A stretch of 64,000 bases of DNA from Candidatus Latescibacterota bacterium (GTDB lineage: Bacteria; Latescibacterota; UBA2968), in the NCBI GenBank assembly GCA_965222605.1, contig OZ244960.1:4896001-4960000 (forward strand), written 5' to 3'. The first letter of the stretch is position 1; every line of letters begins with the position of its first letter. The notes below the pieces were generated by a model that saw only the letters and a list, made by a program, of their open reading frames with translations, searched no databases and was not told the origin of the DNA. Shown here piece after piece: positions 9,896 through 18,786 of this stretch. Made by a program: the position numbers and the translations under genes.

Positions 9896-11295
9896 AAATT
9901 TATGTGTCACATCCGTATCACGACCGCGAGAAAGTGATAGAGTCGAATATCGGGGCATCCCTTTCGGGTTTTAACCATGTGCAGGCGTTATCGCAGTATT
10001 GCGATGTGTATATGCCAGCGTCTGAAGCGGTGGATTATGGTCCGAATTTGCACGGTACTCGGGTTGCATTTGAGACGATTGATTCGTCTCGACAATGGTT
10101 TGAGCGGCAGGGATATGACGGTGTGCTGATGTTTGAACCCAAGGTAGATGACATAGCGTTTTTCCGCCATGTGTGTTCCGCGCCCATTGTGATTCGGCTG
10201 TCGTGCTCTTTTGGACACAATCGCGATTTTATAGACAAGGTGCTGAATTGTTATTCGCTGTTGCGGCCTTATGATGCCCTGTCACCCAAGTCGGCATATG
10301 TCGCTGACGAAATCGGCAAGCTGGTGTTTGACCGATCGTATTTGCAGGCGATTACCAATGGAGTAGATGCCGAGGTGTTCAAGCCGATGGATAAGTTACA
10401 GGCGCGAAAAGATGTCGCGGATAAGACGGGTGATCAACGCTTTTTGGAGATGCCAGTGGTGGGTTTTTGCGGGCGGTTTGAACCGAGCAAGGGCGCGTAT
10501 CCATTTTTGCGAATGGCCGATCTGAATCCCAATATGTTGTTTGCGGTGATTGGCAAGCAGTTCGCACCCGTGACCCATCCGCCCAATGTGATCTTTTTGG
10601 GTGCGCAACCCTATACGCAGATGCCGCTGTATTACAATATACTCGATGTGTTGTGCGCGCTGTCGGTGTATTCGTATGAGTCGTGTCCTTCAACTGTGCT
10701 GGAGGGGATGGCGTGTGGCCTTCCGGTTGTGGCGACAAATTTTGCGGGCGCGCCAGAGTTGTTGGGCAGTTGTGGGCGGTTGATTGAGATTGAGCGGTTT
10801 GAAGATGAGCCATTGAATGTGACGGGTTATATCGCCCCTGAGGTGATTTCAGATGCTGTGCGCGATTTGTTGAATAGCAAAACGGAGCGCTTGGAAATGG
10901 GAGAAGGTGCTCGCAAACGTTCGCTCGAATTTTCCTGGGATCATACGGCGCAGCAGCACATGGCATTGTTTGAAGATCTGCTGGCCAAACGCGATGCACC
11001 CGCCTGCCCGATTCCAATAACCGTGAATTTTACACAGAGTTGTGATGCGTCTGGTAACCCGAAAAGTGTGTCCAAAGGATTTAACTATCTGGGCAGCAGA
11101 CAAGGTCCTTTCCCACGCATCTCGTTTTTTGGGCAGGATATGTCCCTTATTGAGGGCCTGGGTCTTCATTTGATGCAACATTTACACCCAAACGAAGTCG
11201 AAGCCGCTCTGTTGGGCTTATGCGAGACGCGCGCTACAGCCTACAAAACGCTTCGCAAAATCCGACACTTCAGCGATATGCTCACGGCTCCCTGA
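9892..11295 (+). CDS. GT4 glycosyltransferase with ~95-aa C-terminal extension
   Basis: ITNGVD, GRFEPSKG, E-x7-E (ESCPSTVLE), GMACGLPVVAT, FSWD; ATGA overlap with the upstream GT. Confidence 0.85.
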   Translation: MKIYVSHPYHDREKVIESNIGASLSGFNHVQALSQYCDVYMPASEAVDYGPNLHGTRVAFETIDSSRQWFERQGYDGVLMFEPKVDDIAFFRHVCSAPIVIRLSCSFGHNRDFIDKVLNCYSLLRPYDALSPKSAYVADEIGKLVFDRSYLQAITNGVDAEVFKPMDKLQARKDVADKTGDQRFLEMPVVGFCGRFEPSKGAYPFLRMADLNPNMLFAVIGKQFAPVTHPPNVIFLGAQPYTQMPLYYNILDVLCALSVYSYESCPSTVLEGMACGLPVVATNFAGAPELLGSCGRLIEIERFEDEPLNVTGYIAPEVISDAVRDLLNSKTERLEMGEGARKRSLEFSWDHTAQQHMALFEDLLAKRDAPACPIPITVNFTQSCDASGNPKSVSKGFNYLGSRQGPFPRISFFGQDMSLIEGLGLHLMQHLHPNEVEAALLGLCETRATAYKTLRKIRHFSDMLTAP

Positions 11296-11347
11296 TCGGC
11301 AAAGGGAGACAGCTTGCGCTGAGGTAGTGAAGAAAGGAGGTGAAAAA

Positions 11348-11566
11348 ATGACTGAGCGCATTACGTCGATGCCAGCACAAGTTTCTGTGACCTGTGTTCA
11401 ACTTCCCGGTCGAGAAATCGAACTGGCGCGTGGTGAGATGGCGAATACATCAGGAGGGTGCATTTTACCAGGAGAAGACATGTTTGAGCATGACCCACTT
11501 GAGCCTCTTGAAGATATTATTGATGATATCTGCGATACGGTGAGTGAATGGTGGGCTTCCTGGTAG
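11348..11566 (+). CDS. Putative RiPP precursor A (double-glycine leader + 35-aa acidic core)
   Basis: AAAGGAGGTG RBS; leader ends ELARGEMANTSGG; core CILPGEDMFEHDPLEPLEDIIDDICDTVSEWWASW. Confidence 0.8.
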   Translation: MTERITSMPAQVSVTCVQLPGREIELARGEMANTSGGCILPGEDMFEHDPLEPLEDIIDDICDTVSEWWASW

Positions 11567-11677
11567 CAATCGCGCCACGATCCATAAAACGCTATTTCTG
11601 GTATTTAAGTACTGGATGAAAACTATCTTTTTTTAGTACTTGACGAGTCTTACCATTTATTACTTTTGGAGGATATC

Positions 11678-12073
11678 ATGTCCGCTATTGTATTAAATAA
11701 TCGCGTAACTTCAGATTCAGACGCTGCTTTTGCCTCTTGCACGGCACTGCCCATCCATCAAACAACGCTCAATGCTGAAGAAATGGCGGGTATTGATGGT
11801 TTGGGGAGTTGGGGCGATGCTATTGATAAGGTTGGAGATTATGTTTCGGATGTTGTTGATTCAGTAGGAGATTATGTTTCGGATGCTGCTACTACTGCTT
11901 CGATAGCTATTTTCGGTGGGGCTGTTTATGCAGACTTAGATCCTGATCCATTTGGTTTCCCATCACCACCTGATACACTGATTATTATCACTCGGGAACC
12001 ACATGTGTGCAACGGCCCGATTGTGTACACATCTTATGGGTCTTGTTTGTGTCCGATGCCAGGCCGCCCGTAG
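11678..12073 (+). CDS. Putative RiPP precursor B (homologous leader, repeat-containing core)
   Basis: GGAGG RBS; leader ends LNAEEMAGIDG and aligns without gaps to precursor A. Confidence 0.75.
   Translation: MSAIVLNNRVTSDSDAAFASCTALPIHQTTLNAEEMAGIDGLGSWGDAIDKVGDYVSDVVDSVGDYVSDAATTASIAIFGGAVYADLDPDPFGFPSPPDTLIIITREPHVCNGPIVYTSYGSCLCPMPGRP
11834..11885 (+). repeat. 19-bp direct repeat at 33-bp period inside precursor B
   Basis: GGAGATTATGTTTCGGATG at 11834-11852 and 11867-11885 (GDYVSD twice). Confidence 0.9.
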
Positions 12074-12177
12074 GTTCGCTGTGCATCAACCCGTCATTCC
12101 CGCACACGCGCACAATGTAGTCACACGTAGAAAAATGCCATTAATCTCGCAGCCCTTTTTGGAGTTGCCTGAGGCAA

Positions 12178-15100
12178 ATGCCTACGGCGTGTGCAGGAGT
12201 GACGGCAATCTATATGAGGCATGATAAAAAAATGAATCTTTCGGTTTTTTTCGCAAAAAACTCAGTTCGGTCACAACCCGCTCGTTATTCCTTTGGAGGT
12301 ATTGTTTGTCAACGGGGACAAGCGGGTGAGGCGTTTTACATTGTGCAATCTGGACGGTTGCGGGTGATCAAACAAGATGCGAATGGCAATTCGGCCACTG
12401 TGGGCTATTTGTATGCGGGCGATCATTTTGGCGAAGGGGCATTGTTGAACCGGCAGGGACATCGGGCGACGGTGCGGGCGGTTGAGGATGCGGATGTGTT
12501 GCAGGTGCCGAAGGATGAATTTTTTAAGGCTGTGAGAAAACATTCTGACCTGAAAGCCTATCTTAAGGAGCAGGTCGCCTGTATTGCGTATCGGGATTTT
12601 ACGCGATTTTTGAAAGGAGATGTTCCGAGCGAGGCGATGCGGGTGTTGTTCGCACGGTTGAAGCGCGAGGCGGTTGAGAAGGGTGTGACGGTTGTTGATC
12701 GCGGTCAGTTAGGACAGCGATTTTATTTGATTGGCAGCGGTCAGTTGGAGGCTGTGTCAGAAAATGGGGACACGGTGATTTTGAGCCAGGGTGATTATTT
12801 TGGAGATGAGAATTTATCAGGTGATAAAAGGGTGATTCGCAGTCGGTGTGATAGTGTGCTCTTTTATATAGATAAAAGCGATTTTAATAAATTAAAAGCT
12901 ATGATGCCGGGATTCGAGAAGGCGTTGGAGAGAGGCCGCATATTGCGTGGAGATCAGGCATCGAATGGGGCATTGTTGCGACAAGTGCGACAAGTACCTG
13001 AGCCACTTACTGCGCGATCTGATGAAAAACTGGCATCCAATACAACATCCAATGTGGTCAATATCAGAATAGACGGCGCAAAACCGCTTGTACCCACATT
13101 GTTGCGTTTTCCGTTTTTGAAGCAACACGATCAATCGGATTGTGGCGCGGCGTGTTTGGGCATGATTTGTAAGTATTACAAGATGCCGATTGGGTTGAAC
13201 AGGCTACGCGATATGTCCAATGTGTCGCGGTATGGCACGTCGGTGGCGGCATTGGCCGAGGCTGCGGAAACACTGGGTTTTGTCACGCGCGGCGTGCGCA
13301 CGGGGTATGAAGCCCTGATGCGAACAGACCTGCCAGCCATTCTCCACTGGGAAGGCAACCACTTTGTGGTTTTGTATCAGATTACAAAAAAGGAGGTGAA
13401 GATAGCAGATCCCGGCGTGGGTATTCGCAAGCTGTCGCGGGCAGAGTTCGAGAAGGGCTGGACAAATATGGCGCTGTTGTTGGAATACACAGATCAGGTG
13501 GCAGAGAACGAACCGTCTCGGTCTTCTTTTAAGCGGTTTTTCCCATTGATCAGACCCTATACAGGCATATTGATTGAGGTGCTATTAGCGTCTTTGGTGC
13601 TCAGTTTGTTTGGCCTGGCGTCGCCCATTTTTATGCAGACCATTGTCGATCAGGTGCTGGTGCATCACGACGCGGATTTGTTGAACTTGATGCTGGTGGG
13701 CATGATTGTTGTCGCGTTGTTCCAAATGGGTACATCGACGTTGCGCGTCTATTTAATCGGGTATGTGAGTGCGCGGTTGAGCATTGCGATGTTATCGCGT
13801 TTTTATCGGCATTTGCTGGCGCTGTCCATGCGGTTTTTTGCCCTGCGGCGCACGGGCGATTTGACCACGCGGTTTAGGGAGAATGCGACGATTCAGCGTT
13901 TGTTGACGGGTACGACGGTTTCTGCGATTCTGGATTTTATCATGCTTTTTGTCTATCTGGGTCTGATGTTTTATTACAATGCTGAACTGACGCTGATCAT
14001 GCTGATTTTTGTGCCGCTCTCTGTGGGTCTCACGCTGATTTACACGCCCATTTTGAAGTCTTTCAGCCAGCGCGCTTTTTTGGCGCGTGCCGAACAATCA
14101 TCGGTTTTAATCGATTCGCTGCACGGCATTGATGTGGTCAAAGCCGAGGCTGTGGAGCGCGCGACGCGGTGGCATTGGGAAGGTAAGTTCACAAAGGAAA
14201 TTCAGATTGGATTTCAGCGGTTAAAAATGCAGATGTTGTTTGGGGGGATCGGAAGAGTGTTCAATTTGTTGAGCAGTACGGTGATTTTGTGGTATGGTGC
14301 CTCATTAGTGATTGCGGGTGACCTGTCGGTGGGGCAGTTGATGGCGTTTAACGCGCTGATTGGCAATGTGATGGGACCGATTATGGGGTTGATTGGGATA
14401 TGGCCTCAGGTGCAAGAAGCGCGTATTGCATTGGATCGGCTGAATGATGTGTATGACACGCAGATGGAAGATGCGCGGCAACAGGGTCAGGGTTTGATCT
14501 TAAAGCATTTGGAAGGTCGGGTGGTGTTTGATGAGGTGTTTTTTAGATATGGTGTCGGTTCTGATGAACCTTATGTGTTGAATAACATAGACCTGATTCT
14601 CGAACCGGGTCAAAAAGTTGCGATTGTGGGACGCAGTGGCGCGGGCAAGACCACATTGGTAAAGCTGGTACCCCGTTTGTTTGATCCGTCAGAAGGGCGG
14701 GTGATGCTGGATGGTATGGATGTGCGAGACCTGGATCCCCATTGGTTGCGGCGGCAGGTGGGTATGGTGATGCAAGAGCCGTTTTTGTTTTCTGGCACGA
14801 TTGCAGAAAATATCGCCATTGGTCGAAAAGATGCCGACATGGATCGCATTTTGGAAGTGGCAAAACTATCGTGTGTACACGATTTTGTAAGCGATATGCC
14901 TTTGGGATATGAGACAAAGGTCGGTGAGCAGGGTGTAGGACTATCTGGTGGACAGCGACAGCGGATTGCAATTGCGCGGGCACTGTATTGCGATCCCAAA
15001 ATTTTGATTTTTGATGAGGCCACCAATGCGCTGGATACGGATTCAGAACAGGCGATGCAGGCGAATTTAGATATGTTTTTGGATGATCGCACGGCGTTGA

Positions 15101-15252
15101 TTATTGCCCATCGGTTGAGTACGGTGCGCGATGCGGATGCGATTGTGGTGCTGGATAAGGGTCATATTGTGGAGATGGGCACGCACGATGAGTTGATGGT
15201 GCAACAGGGTTTGTATTATCACCTGTGCAGTCAACAGTTGCAGGTGGTGTAA
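12178..15252 (+). CDS. Peptidase-containing ABC transporter (PCAT/HlyB type): 2 cNMP-binding domains + C39 peptidase + TMD + NBD
   Basis: GDHFGE and GDYFGD cNMP motifs; C39 triad QSDCG / NHFVV / IADP; GRSGAGKT, LSGGQ, ILIFDE; exact start uncertain (12178, 12214 or 12232). Confidence 0.92.
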   Translation: MPTACAGVTAIYMRHDKKMNLSVFFAKNSVRSQPARYSFGGIVCQRGQAGEAFYIVQSGRLRVIKQDANGNSATVGYLYAGDHFGEGALLNRQGHRATVRAVEDADVLQVPKDEFFKAVRKHSDLKAYLKEQVACIAYRDFTRFLKGDVPSEAMRVLFARLKREAVEKGVTVVDRGQLGQRFYLIGSGQLEAVSENGDTVILSQGDYFGDENLSGDKRVIRSRCDSVLFYIDKSDFNKLKAMMPGFEKALERGRILRGDQASNGALLRQVRQVPEPLTARSDEKLASNTTSNVVNIRIDGAKPLVPTLLRFPFLKQHDQSDCGAACLGMICKYYKMPIGLNRLRDMSNVSRYGTSVAALAEAAETLGFVTRGVRTGYEALMRTDLPAILHWEGNHFVVLYQITKKEVKIADPGVGIRKLSRAEFEKGWTNMALLLEYTDQVAENEPSRSSFKRFFPLIRPYTGILIEVLLASLVLSLFGLASPIFMQTIVDQVLVHHDADLLNLMLVGMIVVALFQMGTSTLRVYLIGYVSARLSIAMLSRFYRHLLALSMRFFALRRTGDLTTRFRENATIQRLLTGTTVSAILDFIMLFVYLGLMFYYNAELTLIMLIFVPLSVGLTLIYTPILKSFSQRAFLARAEQSSVLIDSLHGIDVVKAEAVERATRWHWEGKFTKEIQIGFQRLKMQMLFGGIGRVFNLLSSTVILWYGASLVIAGDLSVGQLMAFNALIGNVMGPIMGLIGIWPQVQEARIALDRLNDVYDTQMEDARQQGQGLILKHLEGRVVFDEVFFRYGVGSDEPYVLNNIDLILEPGQKVAIVGRSGAGKTTLVKLVPRLFDPSEGRVMLDGMDVRDLDPHWLRRQVGMVMQEPFLFSGTIAENIAIGRKDADMDRILEVAKLSCVHDFVSDMPLGYETKVGEQGVGLSGGQRQRIAIARALYCDPKILIFDEATNALDTDSEQAMQANLDMFLDDRTALIIAHRLSTVRDADAIVVLDKGHIVEMGTHDELMVQQGLYYHLCSQQLQVV

Positions 15253-16635
15253 ATGGCAGAATCGCTTTTGGAGACATCGGCTGAGACAGTAGTTCCCGGT
15301 ATAGTTCAGGAGCAAGATGACGCGGCAGAAGAGGTGCATGCGTTTATGGGGTCTTTGCGGCCCTTTTGGGGACGTGCAATGCTCTATATTGTCCTGCTGT
15401 TTGTGATCATTGCCATTACCTGGGCATGGTGGGGTGAGGTGGATATGGTGACATCAGCCCCTTTTCGACTGGTGCCTCTGGGGCAGGTGAAGACGATGCA
15501 GGCACAGCGAGGTGGTGAAATTGAGTTGATTGGTGTTAAAGAAGGGGATCATATTGAGAAAGGGCAGGTGTTATTTAAGCTCAAATCGTGGGAGACCTGG
15601 GGAGATTTGCGGGAATGGGAACAGGCAAAGATGGCTTTTCAGAAGGCGGAGTACGATCTCAAAAGGGTGTTGCCTCAAAGGGCAAAATTAAATCGAGAGA
15701 CGATAGGCGCGCTGGAACAACGCCTTTCTGTTTTGCAGCGGTTTATGGTGGCACACCAGAATGCGTTGAAAGATTATCAAAGCGATGTAGGCGATGTTGT
15801 GGGATCGAAAACCAAAGTATCTGACGCGGGATTGCAAGCGCAGATCGGTTTTCGGCAAGCTGAGATTGACCTTATGAAACAGGAATTTTTACAGCAAAAG
15901 GCGTTGTTTGAGCGCGAATTGATCAGCCGGACAGATATGAATCGCGCGCGTGTGCAGTATTTGAGTGCTCTGTCCGCACTTCCGTCGCGTATGTCAGAGA
16001 TATACAAGAATGAAATGGCGGTGCAGGATCTCAAGCGTCAAATTCTGGAAGCGCGTATTGCACACGAGCGCGAGGCATCGCAGATGCAACACGCTTATGA
16101 GATCGTACAATTGCGATTGGAACAGGCTCGCAAACGCATTGATCGTACCCTGGAAGCCGAGTCAGATCTGATTCTGGCACCTGAATCGGGCATTGTAACA
16201 CAGGTGATGGTGAATGCGATAGGACAGGTGATCAGCAAGGGGGCGCCTCTAATTACACTGGCACCGGCTTTGGCACCGATGGTTGCGGAACTGATGGTGT
16301 TGAATAAAGATGTGGGCTTGCTCAAACCCGGGCAATTGGTCAAACTGAAATACGGCGCTTATGCCTTTCAGGATTTTGGCATCAAACGCGGGTGGCTCAA
16401 ATACATCTCGCCCGATGCGATGATTGATAAAAGTATTGGACCGATATTTAAGTGTGTTGTCGAGTTGGAAGAAAATACCATGCATGTGCAAGGATACGAC
16501 AAACCGCTGATGTTCGGGATGAAGGGTACGGCAGAGATTATGACAGATCGCCAATCAGTCTTACTGATGTTGCTGAGTCCCTTGCGACAGCTTTACGAGT
16601 CGGCAAGGTACGATGTTCAAGAGGGTGCGTTGTGA
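15253..16635 (+). CDS. HlyD-family membrane fusion protein
   Basis: Single TM, VKEGDHIEKGQVL, coiled coil, APESGIV, FGMKGTAEI; starts immediately after the PCAT stop. Confidence 0.92.
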   Translation: MAESLLETSAETVVPGIVQEQDDAAEEVHAFMGSLRPFWGRAMLYIVLLFVIIAITWAWWGEVDMVTSAPFRLVPLGQVKTMQAQRGGEIELIGVKEGDHIEKGQVLFKLKSWETWGDLREWEQAKMAFQKAEYDLKRVLPQRAKLNRETIGALEQRLSVLQRFMVAHQNALKDYQSDVGDVVGSKTKVSDAGLQAQIGFRQAEIDLMKQEFLQQKALFERELISRTDMNRARVQYLSALSALPSRMSEIYKNEMAVQDLKRQILEARIAHEREASQMQHAYEIVQLRLEQARKRIDRTLEAESDLILAPESGIVTQVMVNAIGQVISKGAPLITLAPALAPMVAELMVLNKDVGLLKPGQLVKLKYGAYAFQDFGIKRGWLKYISPDAMIDKSIGPIFKCVVELEENTMHVQGYDKPLMFGMKGTAEIMTDRQSVLLMLLSPLRQLYESARYDVQEGAL

Positions 16636-17411
16636 TGTCAGAGGATGCCACACTGATTCGGGTCAATGGTATTGCAGTGTCATTGCGCCATGTCGTGCGG
16701 CAACTGGGCGTTGCTGGTAATCTGCGTTTTTTTGATGGATTTACGCGCAGGGAATTGGTCCGACAACTCGCGCTGCGCGAGGGTGTTTGCGCAACGCGTG
16801 AAGATATTCAGCGCAAGGTAGATGAATGGCGGTATCAACACCGTTTGGAGCGGGTGGAAGATACAGAGGCATGGCTTGTAAAGCGGAGTATTACGCTTCA
16901 GGATGTGACAGAAGATGCCGAGGTGAGGCAGTTGGAATATTTGCTGTCTGAGAAGATTGCCGAGGGACAGGTTGAACCCTATTTCGTGCAACACATGCTG
17001 GAGTTTGACGAGGCGGAGATTTGCTGGATTTTTCACGCGGATAAGGGTGTGATCGACGAGATTGATTTGCAGATCCGAGAAGATAGTGCAGATTTTTACG
17101 CGATGGCGCGTCGATTTTCTCAAGATGCACGCACGCGATCAGGTAGTGGTTTTTTAGGCAGGGTGCGGCGCAAGCAGTTGCCCAAGGGGATTGCTGCGCG
17201 CGTTTTTGCCGCTTCCTCAGGTGAAATTTTTGGTCCGGAAAAAGTGTCGGGCGGGTTTGCGCTGTACCTGGTGCAGCAACTCTATCCGGCAACACTGGAC
17301 GAGCGGATTGCAAAGGAGATCCGCAAACACCTGTTTAATCAGTGGTTGCAACGAGAGATGCAGCGAGCAGATATACGGTATCCGATTTGGCAGATGGAAA
17401 TAACAAAATAA
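16635..17411 (+). CDS. Parvulin/PpiC-type peptidyl-prolyl isomerase-like protein
   Basis: FYAMARRFSQD, SGFLGRV, VFAA..GEIFGP; TGATG overlap with hlyD puts the start at 16635. Confidence 0.8.
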   Translation: MSEDATLIRVNGIAVSLRHVVRQLGVAGNLRFFDGFTRRELVRQLALREGVCATREDIQRKVDEWRYQHRLERVEDTEAWLVKRSITLQDVTEDAEVRQLEYLLSEKIAEGQVEPYFVQHMLEFDEAEICWIFHADKGVIDEIDLQIREDSADFYAMARRFSQDARTRSGSGFLGRVRRKQLPKGIAARVFAASSGEIFGPEKVSGGFALYLVQQLYPATLDERIAKEIRKHLFNQWLQREMQRADIRYPIWQMEITK

Positions 17412-17453
17412 ATTCTGAAAAAAAAGTTAAAAAATCAAAAGAACAGGTCCGCA

Positions 17454-18305
17454 CTATGGCATTACGGCTTTTTCGCCCTGATATTTGCTGATCCAGCTTT
17501 TCAAAGGAACATCTCCTTCTTTTGGCGATGTGTAGCCGTGAATGCCCGAAGGAGAATGCCGGCACATTTGCTTTCGGATTGGACTCAGTTGATCCCAGAA
17601 ATTTTCCACGTTGCATTCGCCGCGCGCTTGAAGCCAGCGGTAAGCGTATCCGTAGAAGATCACCTTGCGGGGTTGCGTCCAATAATTTGCACTCGCTGAA
17701 TGCCACAACCGACGGTCAAAAATAACGGCTGAACCCCGGGGAGCGAGGACGGGTATAGAGCCCTTTACCATCTGATTGCGATTTCCGTTCGGCCACTTCA
17801 TCGTATTTTTTAACTGGCTTCCCGGAATGATGTGAAAATTGCCGCGTTCCGGTTCGCTTGTATCCGATAGAAAGTAAGCTACTTTGACCGATAAGCGCGG
17901 CCTCGGGCTTGTCTCCATTTCCTGATTCACGCGCCCGGTATCTTGATGCCAACTGAGTCCCAAACCGCGTTTGCTATCTGGTGGTTCGGGAGGCGTTACG
18001 TCCATGTGTGCCAGATAGATTTGTATATTCCATCCCAAGATCCCCCAAACTTTTGGGAATGTCGTATAGTGATCTATCAAGTCAATAAATGCACGATCTC
18101 GCCCCATAAAGTCGATTTCGTGAACCCGCTTATGTGGGTCAATTTTTTGTTTTTCGCGTTCCTCGGCATTGATGCGATCAACTGCTTTGGTCAGTTGTCT
18201 TCTTTTCGCATCGCTCAGTGCGTTTTCAATGATTAGATAACCCCGGTCCTCAAATTCGAGGCGTTCGTCTTCAGTCAGGCAATGGTTTAGCCAGCGTTTG
18301 TTCAT
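17454..18305 (-). CDS. Phytanoyl-CoA dioxygenase (PhyH) family Fe(II)/2OG dioxygenase
   Basis: FEDRGYLII, WHQD, IPGS, RLWH. Confidence 0.85.
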   Translation of the reverse strand: MNKRWLNHCLTEDERLEFEDRGYLIIENALSDAKRRQLTKAVDRINAEEREKQKIDPHKRVHEIDFMGRDRAFIDLIDHYTTFPKVWGILGWNIQIYLAHMDVTPPEPPDSKRGLGLSWHQDTGRVNQEMETSPRPRLSVKVAYFLSDTSEPERGNFHIIPGSQLKNTMKWPNGNRNQMVKGSIPVLAPRGSAVIFDRRLWHSASANYWTQPRKVIFYGYAYRWLQARGECNVENFWDQLSPIRKQMCRHSPSGIHGYTSPKEGDVPLKSWISKYQGEKAVMP

Positions 18306-18318
18306 AGCGCATCTCCTT

Positions 18319-18786
18319 TCATGAAAAGAGGTTGGCCTTCTTTTTTCGTCGATCCAGAATATAGAATTTGATAAGCCCTATCCCGCCGATCAGACTACAG
18401 GGTATCACAATGAAGCGGTACATTGAGACTTCGTCATATCGAAGCGATGCACCGGTCGCGCCTATTGTCACGACCACAAATGATATGTGAATGAGTTTTT
18501 GAGATAGGTATTTATTGACAAAGGTAGAGATTAGAATCAACGCGAGCGCCGTGTGGAAAATGACAAATCCCGCATAACCGTTTCGCACGGCGAGATCAAA
18601 ATGCCAATCATAGCGATAAAGCCATACCATGAGCACATGTGTCAGAATGATCAGCGCGACAGCACGCCACAGCGCGATCGGGTGTTGTTCTCGCAGCGTG
18701 AGCACAACCACAGTGGTCAATCCCACATATCCTGTGATCGCCAATAAAAAAGTGATGAAAATTTCCGTTGTTCCCGTTCCAACCAT
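18319..18786 (-). CDS. Hypothetical integral membrane protein (~5 TM)
   Basis: Hydrophobic segments; GGGAG RBS before ATG 18786. Confidence 0.6.
   Translation of the reverse strand: MVGTGTTEIFITFLLAITGYVGLTTVVVLTLREQHPIALWRAVALIILTHVLMVWLYRYDWHFDLAVRNGYAGFVIFHTALALILISTFVNKYLSQKLIHISFVVVTIGATGASLRYDEVSMYRFIVIPCSLIGGIGLIKFYILDRRKKKANLFS

Noticed and set aside
8621-11295. Reading the two GTs as an LPS/EPS or compatible-solute locus
   Set aside because: No flippase, polymerase, sugar-nucleotide or phosphatase genes nearby, and the GTs are co-oriented with the peptides and PCAT. Not strictly excluded.
11607-11641. AAGTACT...AGTACTT inverted repeat between the precursor genes
   Set aside because: Short, AT-rich and partly self-palindromic; it cannot be called a terminator or operator.
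12135-12224. Short ORF MPLISQPFLELPEANAY... as a third precursor or a frameshifted PCAT N-terminus
   Set aside because: No leader motif, no clear RBS, and it overlaps the PCAT start; resemblance to a cNMP N-terminal helix is too weak.
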